From Antedon mediterranea (Eukaryota; Animalia; Echinodermata), in the NCBI RefSeq assembly GCF_964355755.1, contig NC_092677.1, positions 23,423,175 through 23,487,174 on the forward strand: DNA of 64,000 nucleotides, given 5' to 3'. The position numbers and the translations under genes were made by a program. The notes under the pieces were generated by a model. That model was given only the letters and a program-made list of their open reading frames with translations, was not told the DNA's origin and ran no database searches. How positions within the stretch are numbered: position 1 is the stretch's first letter; every line of letters starts with the position of its first letter. Below, in pieces: positions 1 through 12,700 of the stretch.

Positions 1-174
1 TGGTAACTAGGCCTTACGCAATCAATAATTTTATTATGTCAATAAATATATCGCTACTTTTCATGTAGGAGGCCTAACTGTTGTGAAATCCATGGAAAAT
101 TCCCTTTATGGTTTGAGCCGATCGACGCGGTGATCGTTGTTGCTGCTACCCACGTTACAAAGACAGCTGCCTTA

Positions 175-423
175 TATAAGGCCGTATACGCTCAAATACG
201 GCCGTATAACAGCCCGTATACGCTCATATACGGCCGTATACTAGACGATATACGGCCGTATACTAGACGATATACGGCCGTATACTAGACGGTATACGGC
301 CGGATATGGGCCGTATATGAGCCCATATACGCTCGTATAAAACAATAACGTTTTGTATACAACGTATACGAACGGATGTAGTATACTAACATATATGAAA
401 CATAGGTTGTTTTTTTGCAAAGG
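175..423. repeat. GGCCGTATA-type tandem subterminal repeats, probably the right end of a DNA transposon
   Basis: ~22-bp units tatacggccgtatactagacga; terminal ttttttgcaaaaggg. Confidence 0.5.
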
Positions 424-653
424 GCAGTTATATATATTTTATTTATATTAGTATTGATGATATAAGTTTTTTTTCTTTTTTCTAATTTACAAACTTTCTC
501 ATTTACAAACTACTTTCAAACTTTACTCAATGATGTCATTACTACATTTTTTCCATTTCATTTTAAACTTATAGATTTGTGAAGAAAAAAACCTTAGTAG
601 CAAAGGTATTTTAAGTTTAAAGTGAAGAGTATTAAACAAAACTAAATTGTTAC

Positions 654-748
654 TTTTTGATCCCAGTCCATATCTGAAATAGCTTTTTGATTTGCCAGTA
701 ACTGGGCTCTAATTTCCTCCTCCATTTCTTTCTTCATTTTGTCAATAT
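654..748 (-). CDS. KIF28P: Kinesin exon 14 ([32 protein letters not shown], coiled coil)
   Basis: Weak aag acceptor, gtaaca donor; phase fits exon 13; coiled-coil composition. Confidence 0.75.
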
Positions 749-3700
749 CTTTTTAAATAAATGATTAAAAGAATATAAGAAAAGCAGTATGGTGTAATAC
801 TAAAGTTCTGTCTACACTATCAAACTAGTTTGACAAAAAAGGTGTGATGTGCCCAAATATGGTATACCCAAATATACAATGACATCATCAAGTTCATATA
901 TGGGCACATCACACTTATTTTGCCACACTAGTTTTATAGTGTAGATAGAGCTTAATGCGCATACTGTATAATCTTTGAAAATAGGGCATATAGTCTAGTG
1001 GTGATATGTCTGTCCACATACCAATAGAAAAAAGTCCATTTGGAATAATATTGATTTTGAATTAAATTTAAGGGGTAAATATTTTTATTCAACTCAAATA
1101 TATGTATGTTAATAAACAACAAAAATACCTTCTTGACTCATTCCTACATTTTCTGGCATCATTCCTCCTGTTAGTGATTTCTTTAGTTTGTCATTTTCTT
1201 CACGTAATTCACGGATAAGTTTATCCATAGGATTCTCATTGACTACAGCCTTATTCTTAATCTTCTTTGCTCTGTCAGCGTATCGCAATGTACCAAGTGT
1301 CTCATCATAGTTGATATCAGCAGGTGACAAGGCTGCTATCATCACAGTTTTACTAAAGAAAATAGAATTTATTTAGTTTGTATATCAAAGCAAAACTTGT
1401 CAAACTCATCATTATTTTTCATAATAGTAAAAATAAAATATTTTAATTCAATTTCAATCAACTCATGCCTCTAATTGCAGGTCAATCAATCAATTAGACT
1501 TATATGGCACTGGTATTCATAAAAATAATGTTCAAAGGCGCTTGACAAAGTTAATCAGGAAATGCAAGTGGGTTTTCAGTCGTATTTTAAAGGTGTTGCC
1601 GTTTTCTGATGTCTTTATTGGTAGTGTATTCCACAAAATGGGTGGTGCACAGGAAAATACATGATGACCATACGACTGCAGATTCCATTTAGGAACACGA
1701 AGGAGAAGTTTATCAGATGAACGCAATGTACGAGACGTAGTGTAATGTACAAGAAGATCAGCCATATCCTAAGGTGCAAGTCCATTTAGAGTTTTGTATA
1801 TTATGAGAAGCAGTTTGAATTTACTGCCAATGCAGAATGTTTGCTTGTATTGTAGATATAGAATTATGATTTTTTCAGTATATGACATTGATGAATGGAT
1901 GTTCATTGAATTGTAAGCAAATTCATGGAAAAATTTCATTTGAAAATTTTGTTTAGCAAAATTGCTAATCAAACTGATTTTTTAGTCAAGAAACATAGTT
2001 TTGTATTGTATTTTTTGCTACACAATTGTAGAAATGTGTAGCAAAAAGGTTGTTTTGTATAGCTTTTTGCTATGCTACACTGGCGAAATTATTCCCTGAA
2101 ATTAAAAGTATGTACCTGTTGCCACCAAGAGCATTCTGTAAAAGCTTAGTGAGCACTGAATCTCTGTATGGTACCATTATCTTCTTCTTACCCATTGACA
2201 AATCTGCTAAAGCCTGCAATGATAATAATAATAATATTGATACTATAGTAAAAGTACTATATGAAATACATGAACACTCCGGGGCGGATTCAGCATTATA
2301 TATTAGGGGTGGGGGTGGCTAAATATTTCATAAATAATAAAAACGACCAGTAATGGAGCTGTAGCTTGGTGGTTAACTAGCTTGCCTTCCAATCCCTAGG
2401 TCCGGGTTCAATCCTGTTTAGCCTAAATATGCGCCTGACACTATCTTCTATCAACTATAACCGAATTACAGTCATGTCTTGGGACCATTCTACAGTTACT
2501 ACTAGATAGGCCTTCTTCATCAGTGCTTCTATGAATGTTGTGTGTTGAGTGCAGAACACTAGTTGATCATACCCAATTTTGATTTTACAATCAATCGAGA
2601 ATTTACCTTGTGGCAGCCACATAATCAGCACCAATTTTTGGCTAATTTAAACTTATCTAAAACCTTTTTGTTTACAAATTGCTTATTCACTGCACAGTTA
2701 TCAATGTTTGAATTGACATGCTATAAGTTATTATTAAATGAAAGATATTATCAATTAGAAATGAATTAAGGTAGCATACACTTAAGAAAAATGTATTATT
2801 TTCATATTATCATCATACCGATATAACATTTCCAAGTGCAGATAAAGACTTGTTTATGTTGGCACCTTCTTTTAGCCTGTCACCAGTAGCTCCTGTACTA
2901 TCAGCTCTTTCACTACCTGAAAATAATCAGTTAAAAACACATAGTATTAGAGAGGAATCTGGATAGTTGATAATTAATACAGTACATAAGATACTTGTTT
3001 GAAGGTTTGCATGGCAAAATGAATTAGTTGATATACATTTTGCGGTACACAACGTATATATAGTTCTAAAAATAACTGTTGAGTTTCTCTACGTTTCGGT
3101 CAATATACTTTGGTCGTCCTCAGAAGTGAGAAATGAGGAGGATCAAAGTATATTGATGGAAACATAGAGAAACTCAACAGTTATTTTCAGAAATATTTAT
3201 ATGTGGTGTACCGCATACTTTATAACAACTTAATATACTTGGTCTTTTTATGTTTTCTCTTTTCTTGTTAGACTGTCTTTTTAGTCATTTCTTGTATTTT
3301 TCCCATTGACTCTTCTTATTGTGATCCTCTGATCAATTTTGTTACTAGTTATCAATTTTGTTATTCTTAATAATTTTAGATTTTTTTTAACCTAAATAAT
3401 TATTAATTTTTTATTATTTCATTATCAAAGTATTTATGTAAATATGGTCTAATCAATGTTATTTAAAATGGATCTAAGACGACCATTTAAGTTGCAGTCT
3501 TACGGCTCATCAAATCATCATATCATCATATCATACTCAATATTCTGAATTTTTAAAAGGTTTAACAATAGTGTTCAATTATTCTTATGATGAATATATT
3601 ATTACATCTACGCTTTCTCTATATTTTAATGTATAAAATATCCATTGAAAAATACTGTACCCGCTAAATCAACTAAGTTGATAACGCTCGATTTCTTAGT

Positions 3701-6700
3701 TTCCTGTCCAGACTCATTCTTTGAAATTTGATCAAAGACAATCGTAACTACCGTATGAGCTCTACTACTGGTTGCATTCATGTTGGTAGAAGCTACCGTT
3801 CTGTTAGCAGTACCTGTAAAATAAACATTTATTTGTAAACGCATAATGGAAATAATTTCATCTGGTATGTATTGATGGTGAATTCAGAGTATACAATACA
3901 AACCAAAAGTAAAGCTGTGTTAAGAAAGTTTAATCCAGTTGTAACTTGAACAAAAGCCTAGTTTTTAAATTTTATTTTTAACTATCAGAATTACACATAT
4001 ACAAAAATACAATATCAGTTTAAAAAAAAATTATTTAAGTAGCACAATTAACAATTCTGATAGCAAGAATTAAGCCAAAACAGTTTTAAAGAAAATATTT
4101 CCTCATTCGTAACGCAGGGGGAAAGGGCCCCTGGTTTAGCACTCCTAAGGGCCAAGTTCTCCAATGCTGGGCAGTTGTATTGGACTGCTCATGCTCTGTT
4201 CTTGGGTTTAGCACTCCTTAGGGGCCCTTTAATGCTGGGTAGTTGCATTGGACTGCTCATGCTCTGGGAGCTCCTTAAGCCCAGGTTTTAGCACTCCTTA
4301 GGGGCCCTTTAACGCTGGGTAGGTGGCATTGGACTGCTTATTCTCTGTGGCCCCTCAGTTTAGCCAGTGAGCGCTCATACTGTAAAAGTAATTACGCCAG
4401 TGTAAACATGGCTAAATGAAAGTTATTTTCATTGGAAGGGGAAAGAATACGTCTGTCTTTCTGGTTTTACTCTATCTTTCAATCACAATACTATCCTTAC
4501 CTTCTGCTATCCTCTTTTCAATTTCTGCATAACTGCCAACGGCTACACTTCTTAGGTTTACTACATAAAACAGACCCAGTTTGGGGTTCTGACGCACCGT
4601 TAGGCCTCCTTTTGGGTTAACCTTTTCCAGAAGATCACGCACTTGTTCATTATAGATCTCCAACATTGAGAAAGTAACTTGATATTTCTGATGAAAATAG
4701 TAATTCAGTAATTTTTATTTACTTAATAAACATTCTGGCATAAAATATACTTTAAGCTCAGATACTCTGCAAATGTATATTGCCTTAAAATATGCATTTA
4801 TTCAAGTATACAAAACTATTAATTATTAATACCCATTTTATATTAATTTTTATTTCAATATTTAAATCTAGTATATGGATATTTTGTTACACTATGATAT
4901 AATGTAATTAACTGTTGATACATTTTGTCACAACCTAATTTGTTTTTCTGAAACAGATTTGATAATAAATAACTTTATACTGTGTTAACAGAAGTACGAG
5001 TCTGATATCTTTTTTATAATAGGAAAAAATGGGAAATCACATGTCAGGTCTCAAATTATGTAAATCACCATTTGGTTTTGTCAACTCAAAAAATTTTTTT
5101 TTTTAAATCTGTTTTGTATTAAATTTATTACTTTAACTAATTAATTATTAATATCTTTTTTACATCTGCATAAATTGTTTTTTTGCAGATAGGAAAGGGT
5201 ACTAACTATTGAAAGAGTTAATTTGTCAAATCATTCAGATGATACCAGAAAAAAATCATGCTTGCAGATTTAAGTGACGAGTACACATAATTTATTGTGT
5301 TACCAAGAAAAGCATAAGTGAACATTCCCAGACAGAGCTTTGCAATTAACAAAGAGAAACCAATCCATCAATAGATAATGACTTGATTTTTTATTTGATT
5401 TAGTCTATCACTAAAATGACACTAGGGCCATTAGGCGTTGTGATTCTGATGGCTTAAAACCTTCATTAAGAGGATCCTATTAAAAAGGTTCAATGTCTAG
5501 TCACTCTTCCTTATTACTGCTCAAGTGTTCATCGTTTGCCTTCTATTCTGGAATTTGTTAAATATTCTCTTACAGCATTATCGTTAATTAATATCTAATC
5601 CATAAATAAGAATAATAATATAAGAAATATTTATCTGATAATATATATTTATAGCATTTATGGTTAGCTTAAGATAATCACCAATTATTTACACACTGAA
5701 AGATGCAATAGTATATTTCAGACATACAGTATTAGAATGTTAAATAAGGTACAATTTTAACGTCATGCAAAGTTTTTTGAGCAAATAAAATATAAAAATT
5801 CATATTAATAATGCTTGTAAATATACATACAGGTATTCAACCATATTCTCCATCTACACCCACCACGCCCTATTCTTACACCCACCCACCCCCCTGCTAC
5901 TACTGTAGTAAAATATCATTTTGTTGTTGTGTCTTTTTTTCATTTGTCTTTAGCCACTCAGAAAAATGAGAGAGAAATAAATGTATTAATTGAATAAAAT
6001 AATAATTGTTAATCTGTGTTATTATTAAATTTGTCAAATAGATTCCTCTGGTTTCAAATAAATATTTTGAGAATTATTCTTTAGATTTAAAGCAAATAAA
6101 ATTAGGTAAACTTACCGACGTTTCGTGAATTCTCAGTTAATATTCTTAAGTGCTGTTCCGTTTCTCAAGAAACAATCAAATTATTTACTGTAAACAGCAA
6201 CGTTTCTTTAATGGAGTAGCACTTGAGAATGTGAACTGAGAGTTCACAAAATGGTGGTAAGTTTCAACTAATTTACATGGTTTTACTCCAAAGAATATCT
6301 GTCAGTGGCTAAACCCAGGGCTAAAAGGGCCTCCATATGAATTCCAAATAAATTAATATAACAGAGAATAATAGTAGTATTTATGGAACAGCCCACAATA
6401 CTCTCCCCCAATTTGGCCCCTTAGGTTGCCAAAACCAAGGTCTCTGCGTTACGCCACTGATATCCGAGTTATTGTTTGGATCCATTCAAAACATTTCCTT
6501 TCACCATCTGCAGCAATCAAATGTATTACTTGCAATCATTAACAGGAAAGTAATGTCATTAAACTCAAAATTTCCACAACTTCAAATTCGAATTCAATAT
6601 TTAAAACTCTTTTAAAAAAATGATCTTAAATTATTACACTTGTTTAAAAATATCTATGTAGATAATTATCTAATTTCTGAAATTGAAAGTTTACTTATAA

Positions 6701-9700
6701 ATCTAATCTGGTCTGTGCTGCTATTGAAAAATAATAAACGTTTATTTTAATTTGTAGTTTTGCAATCAGCTGTAACTGCATTCTAGCAAAAATTGATGGT
6801 TAACAACCCCTTGCAAAATATTATGTTTATTATGTACAGTAGTAATATTTTCAGTATTTTAAAGATTGTTAATTGCTACATTTGAGTTGAGTACACTGGA
6901 GTTTCATACAGAGATTTGAAAGGGATATTAGAGAAGCATTTGTGTATGGTGATTGATGTATATGTACATCTATGGGGCCACCCAACTGGCATGGCTCAGT
7001 GTCTTAGAGGAGTGTTTTTTGTTGCTCGGAAGGGGGAAAGGCTAATGTTGGTTTATCCAGGTAAGTAGGCACAAAGTAGAAATTAAATATTATTAATAAC
7101 CACCACAATGTTGATCACACCATGCATAATTCAAAAGAAATGCAAGAACAACATTTTGTTACCATGTCACATGATCTTGACTGTGAAAGAAGAATTTACC
7201 TATTCAAATTTTATTATAGATGTTTGCTATATAAACTGAAAAACAATATTTTTTCATTCATACTAGGTTTATGCTGGTTCAATCATGGTATGTCATTGCC
7301 ATTTCATTGGTTAATTTCATATCACATGTCATGCATTTTTTCTTCCATTTGAACAATTGTACTATTTTGTACCATTTTGAGAATTTTGTGCGATATACTA
7401 AGCTAGAGAATGATGCATGAATTGCCTATAGTATGCGCCATCTACAATTGGTCTACTCTGCATTGAACGATGAAGGACAGAAGGAACGGAGTGATAATGA
7501 CAACAAACATGACAATGACAACAAACATGACAATGACAACAAACATGACAATGACAATAACAATAGCATAACAATGATACGACAAACATACAAACAAATA
7601 CTGCAAGTATTATTAATGATTATAATAAAAATAATATAAAAATTAATTTTTAATCATATTTTTTGTTTTAAAAAAAATATACTGTCAACATGGCATACAT
7701 CCAAACTAAAATTGCTTGTATTTTCTGTAATGTTTAATTTAGAATAATATGCATACAGCTCAGTCTCTGGTATGGCTGCCTTTTCTCATTTTGTTTGTAC
7801 ATGCTTACAGGTTTCATGACATTACTGTGTAACTTAGGTTCCCTTTTAGATTTTTGTATAATCATCCTTTTTTGTTATATTTTTGAATATTAAATAAAAG
7901 TGTGTTTATTTGTTATTATTATATTATTAACATTTTATTTTATAGCTTACTATCCATGAAAATATCTAAAAGAATACTTACAACTTCTTGTTTTCCTGCC
8001 GCCATTGTTTTGAATAATTCATCACACGTAATTGGAACAATTCCTCTGAAAAATAATGTTAAAACATCAGCCAATTTATTTATTTATTCCTTTCAGGTGT
8101 ATTTATTATTAACTGGAAACTGAGGAAATTAGGCTTTTTAAAGATGTATTGTCCGCCAAAAACATAAAAAATTAACATTAATTAAATTAGACTTTGAATA
8201 GGATATTTTGTAGTTTTAATAAACTTCTGAAAAAAATGTTTCACTTATAAAATGACAAAATAAATGGTTAAATTCAACCAATATGAATATTTTTTGCTTT
8301 AAATTACAGTTTTTTCAGGTAAATAATTTTTGTTCAATCCAATTTTTGGTCAAAGTGGATAACTATTACGTGATATTAAAATAGCATATTCACCAAAAAT
8401 ATTTTTAATAATTATTTTTTCAGGGGTACAATACATCTTTAAGGATCCATGACAGCAAGCAGTGTGGCGCCTACCAAGACCAGCACACCCTTTTATTAGA
8501 AAGTACAAAATCTAATCTATATAATGGAAAAGAAAGAACTTACTTATTTGGTCCATATCCCACCATTGAGTATGACTTGCCCGACCCAGTCTGACCATAC
8601 GCAAACAAAGAACAATTAAAACCTACAAAAAACATATTTATTATTATTTAAATCTAAAAAGTAGTAGTAGTAAAAATACACGGTATCATTTATTGTAGTA
8701 TATGTCAAAAATTGCTTAAGAAATTCAAAGCCTTTTTTGTAATTTAAATCTGAACCAATATTTTATCTTTTGAAAAATACTGGCGAACAGTTTAGGATGA
8801 CTTGGTACTGCTTTAAATAAAAGTCTGCTTTAACATCCAATACAATTGTACTGTATGTATGCTGGTGCCATCTTCATTCAATTAATTTATTCACTGTAAC
8901 TAATCCAATTTATTATTACTTTCAATAGCTTTTTCTTTTTAGCTTGAAAAGTGCACATCATGAAAAAGGGGGATCTTTCAAACTCTACGAACCCCACCTG
9001 GCTACAAGCTTGACTCTACAGATGTAAACAGCAGTGGCATAACGTAGAGACCTAAGGCCCCTGGTTTAGGAACCCTAAGTGGCCCTCCAAATAGAGGTCG
9101 TAAGTGTTTTTAGTCTTTTTGGACATATTTTAATGCCTTTTTCCTCTGCGCACTGCTTAGGGGCCCAATAAGCTCTGGGTTTAGCCATTGAGCACTCATA
9201 GGCCCCGTTTCTGCTGCCAAAAATATACCGTATATATACGGTATATTTTATATACGGTATATTTTTTGGCAGCAGAAACGGGTCTCATAAAAAATATACC
9301 GTATATAAATATCCCCATCGTTTGTGGATATTATATGGTATATCCAAAATATACCGTATATTTCGTACCCCGTTTCTGCTGCACTCAAAATATACCGTAT
9401 ATGTGACCCGGCCCACTACGCGAGACTCTAGAGGTCAATCCATACTTCCGTCTCACGAAATGCATTTTGGGTAATGAAAGCCAACTTTTTTACAGCCCAC
9501 CCACGAAGTATGTGAAGCGGAAAACGGTGCACGAATTTCATATACGGTATATTTATACGGTATATTTATACGGTATATTTATACGGTATATTTATACGGT
9601 ATATTTGGGCTTGGCAGCAGAAACGGGGCCACAGAGTTTACGCCACTATTAAACAGGTCTATCAAATTTAAACACTTATCTTCTTAATAGTTTTTCATAC

Positions 9701-12700
9701 CTTTAAATGCATTATCCAATACTCCTCGACCAAGATCTTGAAAGACAATTCTCTGAGAGGCATAATTTGAACCAGGATCTGCCACCAAGTTACCTTCACT
9801 GTCTTCTGTAAAGTTGTCATGTGACCTAAAGTAATTCAAACATAAAGATGTTACTGTTGGTGACAAAAGAAAAATATATAGTCACTATTCTATCAGAATC
9901 TCTCCACAAAACATAATTTTACAGGAAATTTTGTTATTATTTATTCATCTTAGACCAAACTAAAAGTTTTTGCTTGTAAATGCATAATGAATTTTAAAAA
10001 ATGCCACAGATTGCAGTAAAATATATTAAAATTATTAATAAAAATGAATATAATTCTGGATTTAAAGTATTAAAGTAAGTACATTAAATATTTTGAATTA
10101 TTTCACATTTTTAAAAAGACAAAGAAAGTTTTAGTGCCATGGTCTTATAAGAAATTTCTAGGAAATTACTCTGAATTTGGTATCAAAACGATACCATTCA
10201 AAACCTCAAATAAGCCACTAAAACAAAATTTTCTGGTTTCTGATTGGCTGTTAAATAAATTAAATAAAAAAAAGTAAATAAAATTCGGGATTTAAATAAA
10301 TATTTTGAATTATTTCTATTTTTTTTTTCAAAAACACAACATTTTCTGCTTTTCTGTTTGGCTGTTGCCATTATCTGTATGGTAACTCTGACAACATATT
10401 AGGTAAACAAAATATGTCAGAAAAAAAATGGAGATACAATTAGGTTTTGATAGAATAGCGATAATATAATAGTAATACTGTATAATATAATAATATATAA
10501 TATAAAAACTCATTTTCAGAAAACAATATATATATATAGTCAACGAATAACTGATGTCTGGCTGACGTTGGAATGTTGTTTTATTTCAAATCAAAATAAC
10601 CAAAATAAACATTTTACACTCCAATAATAACCCTTGTATCCCATAAAACTGTCACCAATTGATATTAGTGTCAATGTATGGTGATTTTTCATTCCAACAA
10701 TGTTGATTATATTTTTATTACACTAAACGAGATAAAAAAAAACCCACTCAAATATATACATTAATATAAATTCATTTGAATTCATTTCTACATCTGTTAC
10801 ATAATCAAACTGTTTGATCACCATGGTGACAATAACCCTTGACCACCATATCTCATTTGCATCATTGTCACAATTGGCATATGTTTAGACTAAACTTATC
10901 AGATAATAGTATGGGGTAGGCCTAGTTTACTATACAGTGCCTTAGTTACGACATCAACAATGGTAAATCAATTTCCATTTTGTATTCTTACACATGATTG
11001 ATTTATGCTAGAGAGCAGATCAATATATAAGGCAATAGCCCCAAGGGGTTATTAAACCCTTAATTAATTCCAATATAAAATCATAAAAACGACATAAAAT
11101 ATACGTTTATAGAAATGATTGCGTTGCAGTATATTGATATAATTTTGTTCTATATGGTATACAGGGTTCTATATAGATATATCGTAAGTCAGGTGGATTT
11201 CCCTATTTTGATATCAATTGTACTGAAATATATGGTATGTGAGATGCCTACAGATAGTTCTTGAAATGAATGCTGTATGAAGCTTCGGCGTAAATTATAA
11301 CTGGAACTTGCCATCATTTACATACAGGAGATACAGATACAGTGCATAAAAGAGTAGATGATGATTATTGCTTTTTGTAGCCAACAGATACAGATTTCTA
11401 TAGAACGTTTATCCCTAAGTGCTCAGTGCATGAAACTACTTTGTGAAAAATGTTTCTCTTGTATGAAACATTCTTAAAGCAATTCCTATAAGTTAATGAC
11501 ATTCTACTATAGGGTGCATTTACAGAGAGACCTCGTGAGTTGAGCTGGAGGAAGACTTGTGTTGTGGATAAATAAAGTTGTAATGTAGCTACTTTATGTA
11601 AAGTCTCACTCCAGGCTGCCACTATATGATCAACAGTTACATTAATACTTACTTCATAGATGATAACAATTCTAATTGATTTGAAATTCTTTTAACTGGG
11701 ACAATATTAAACACCCTAAACCATATAAACTAGTTTAATTACAAAGCACAAGTTTTAACCGGGACACTAATAATAGACCCGTGATAAGTTCTTCCCTTGA
11801 CCAATGGTGTTATATCATCTAATCATTTAAATAACTTTTGACAAGAAAATATTTTGCTTCCTCTCAGTTTTAATTAATTGAAAGATGTAATGTGATCTAT
11901 TAAGAATCTTAATACTAAAAATAGCGAAACTTAATGCCAGATTGTGTATACAGTAAGTGCTAGTGAAGTTTATTAATGTTGCGAATCAGTTTTGTTAGGC
12001 TCACCAGGCCTTTGATATTGTATCCCAGGAGGTCTACCTTTGTATAGCATGTTTGTGAAACTTTAGTCTAGTTCATTGTGTTCATATAAAAAAATTCACA
12101 ATAGCTTCAAAAGGATTAGTATACAAGCTGCCAAAAGTAGATCTTAAATATTTATCAAAAACTCATTTCAGCTACTAGCAAATATTTTTATCGCAGAATT
12201 TGTCTAAGTATTCTGATGTACTCAAAGTTATGTCAGACCATCAGATTGTCAACAGCTACACAATGGACAATAAATCAGGTAATGTTGATACTCTCCATGG
12301 TGACAAGAGATAGTCTGATAAGGGACTTTCCCTAATCAGTTCAAAGAGCAAAATTTGTCTTAGGGCCTTTGCTCCACATGCTAAATTTGTACTCCCAAAT
12401 AATTGAATAATCTCAATTGCCATTATACAGCAGAAAGAGTCCCATTTTATTTTATTATTTTTTTTGCCTGTGCTAGTCTTAATAGACTGTGCATACAACG
12501 TCTGTCACAAACGACAGTGTCATTTTAGTCTTACATTCATCTGAATGATGACTAAGCCAGGACTGATTAAAGAACCTTGATTGGTCCTAACATTGTTCAA
12601 GGGCTTCTCTCGTATAGTGCCCGCCTTCAGCAGAGGAAAGGCAATGGCCAATACGTCTGAGGCAGATACTAGATGCAGGGGCTGCCATAAGAGTCAGCAG

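Noticed and set aside
7398-7639. Cys/His-rich or Asn/Asp-rich ORFs
   Set aside because: They are translations of an 18-bp minisatellite.
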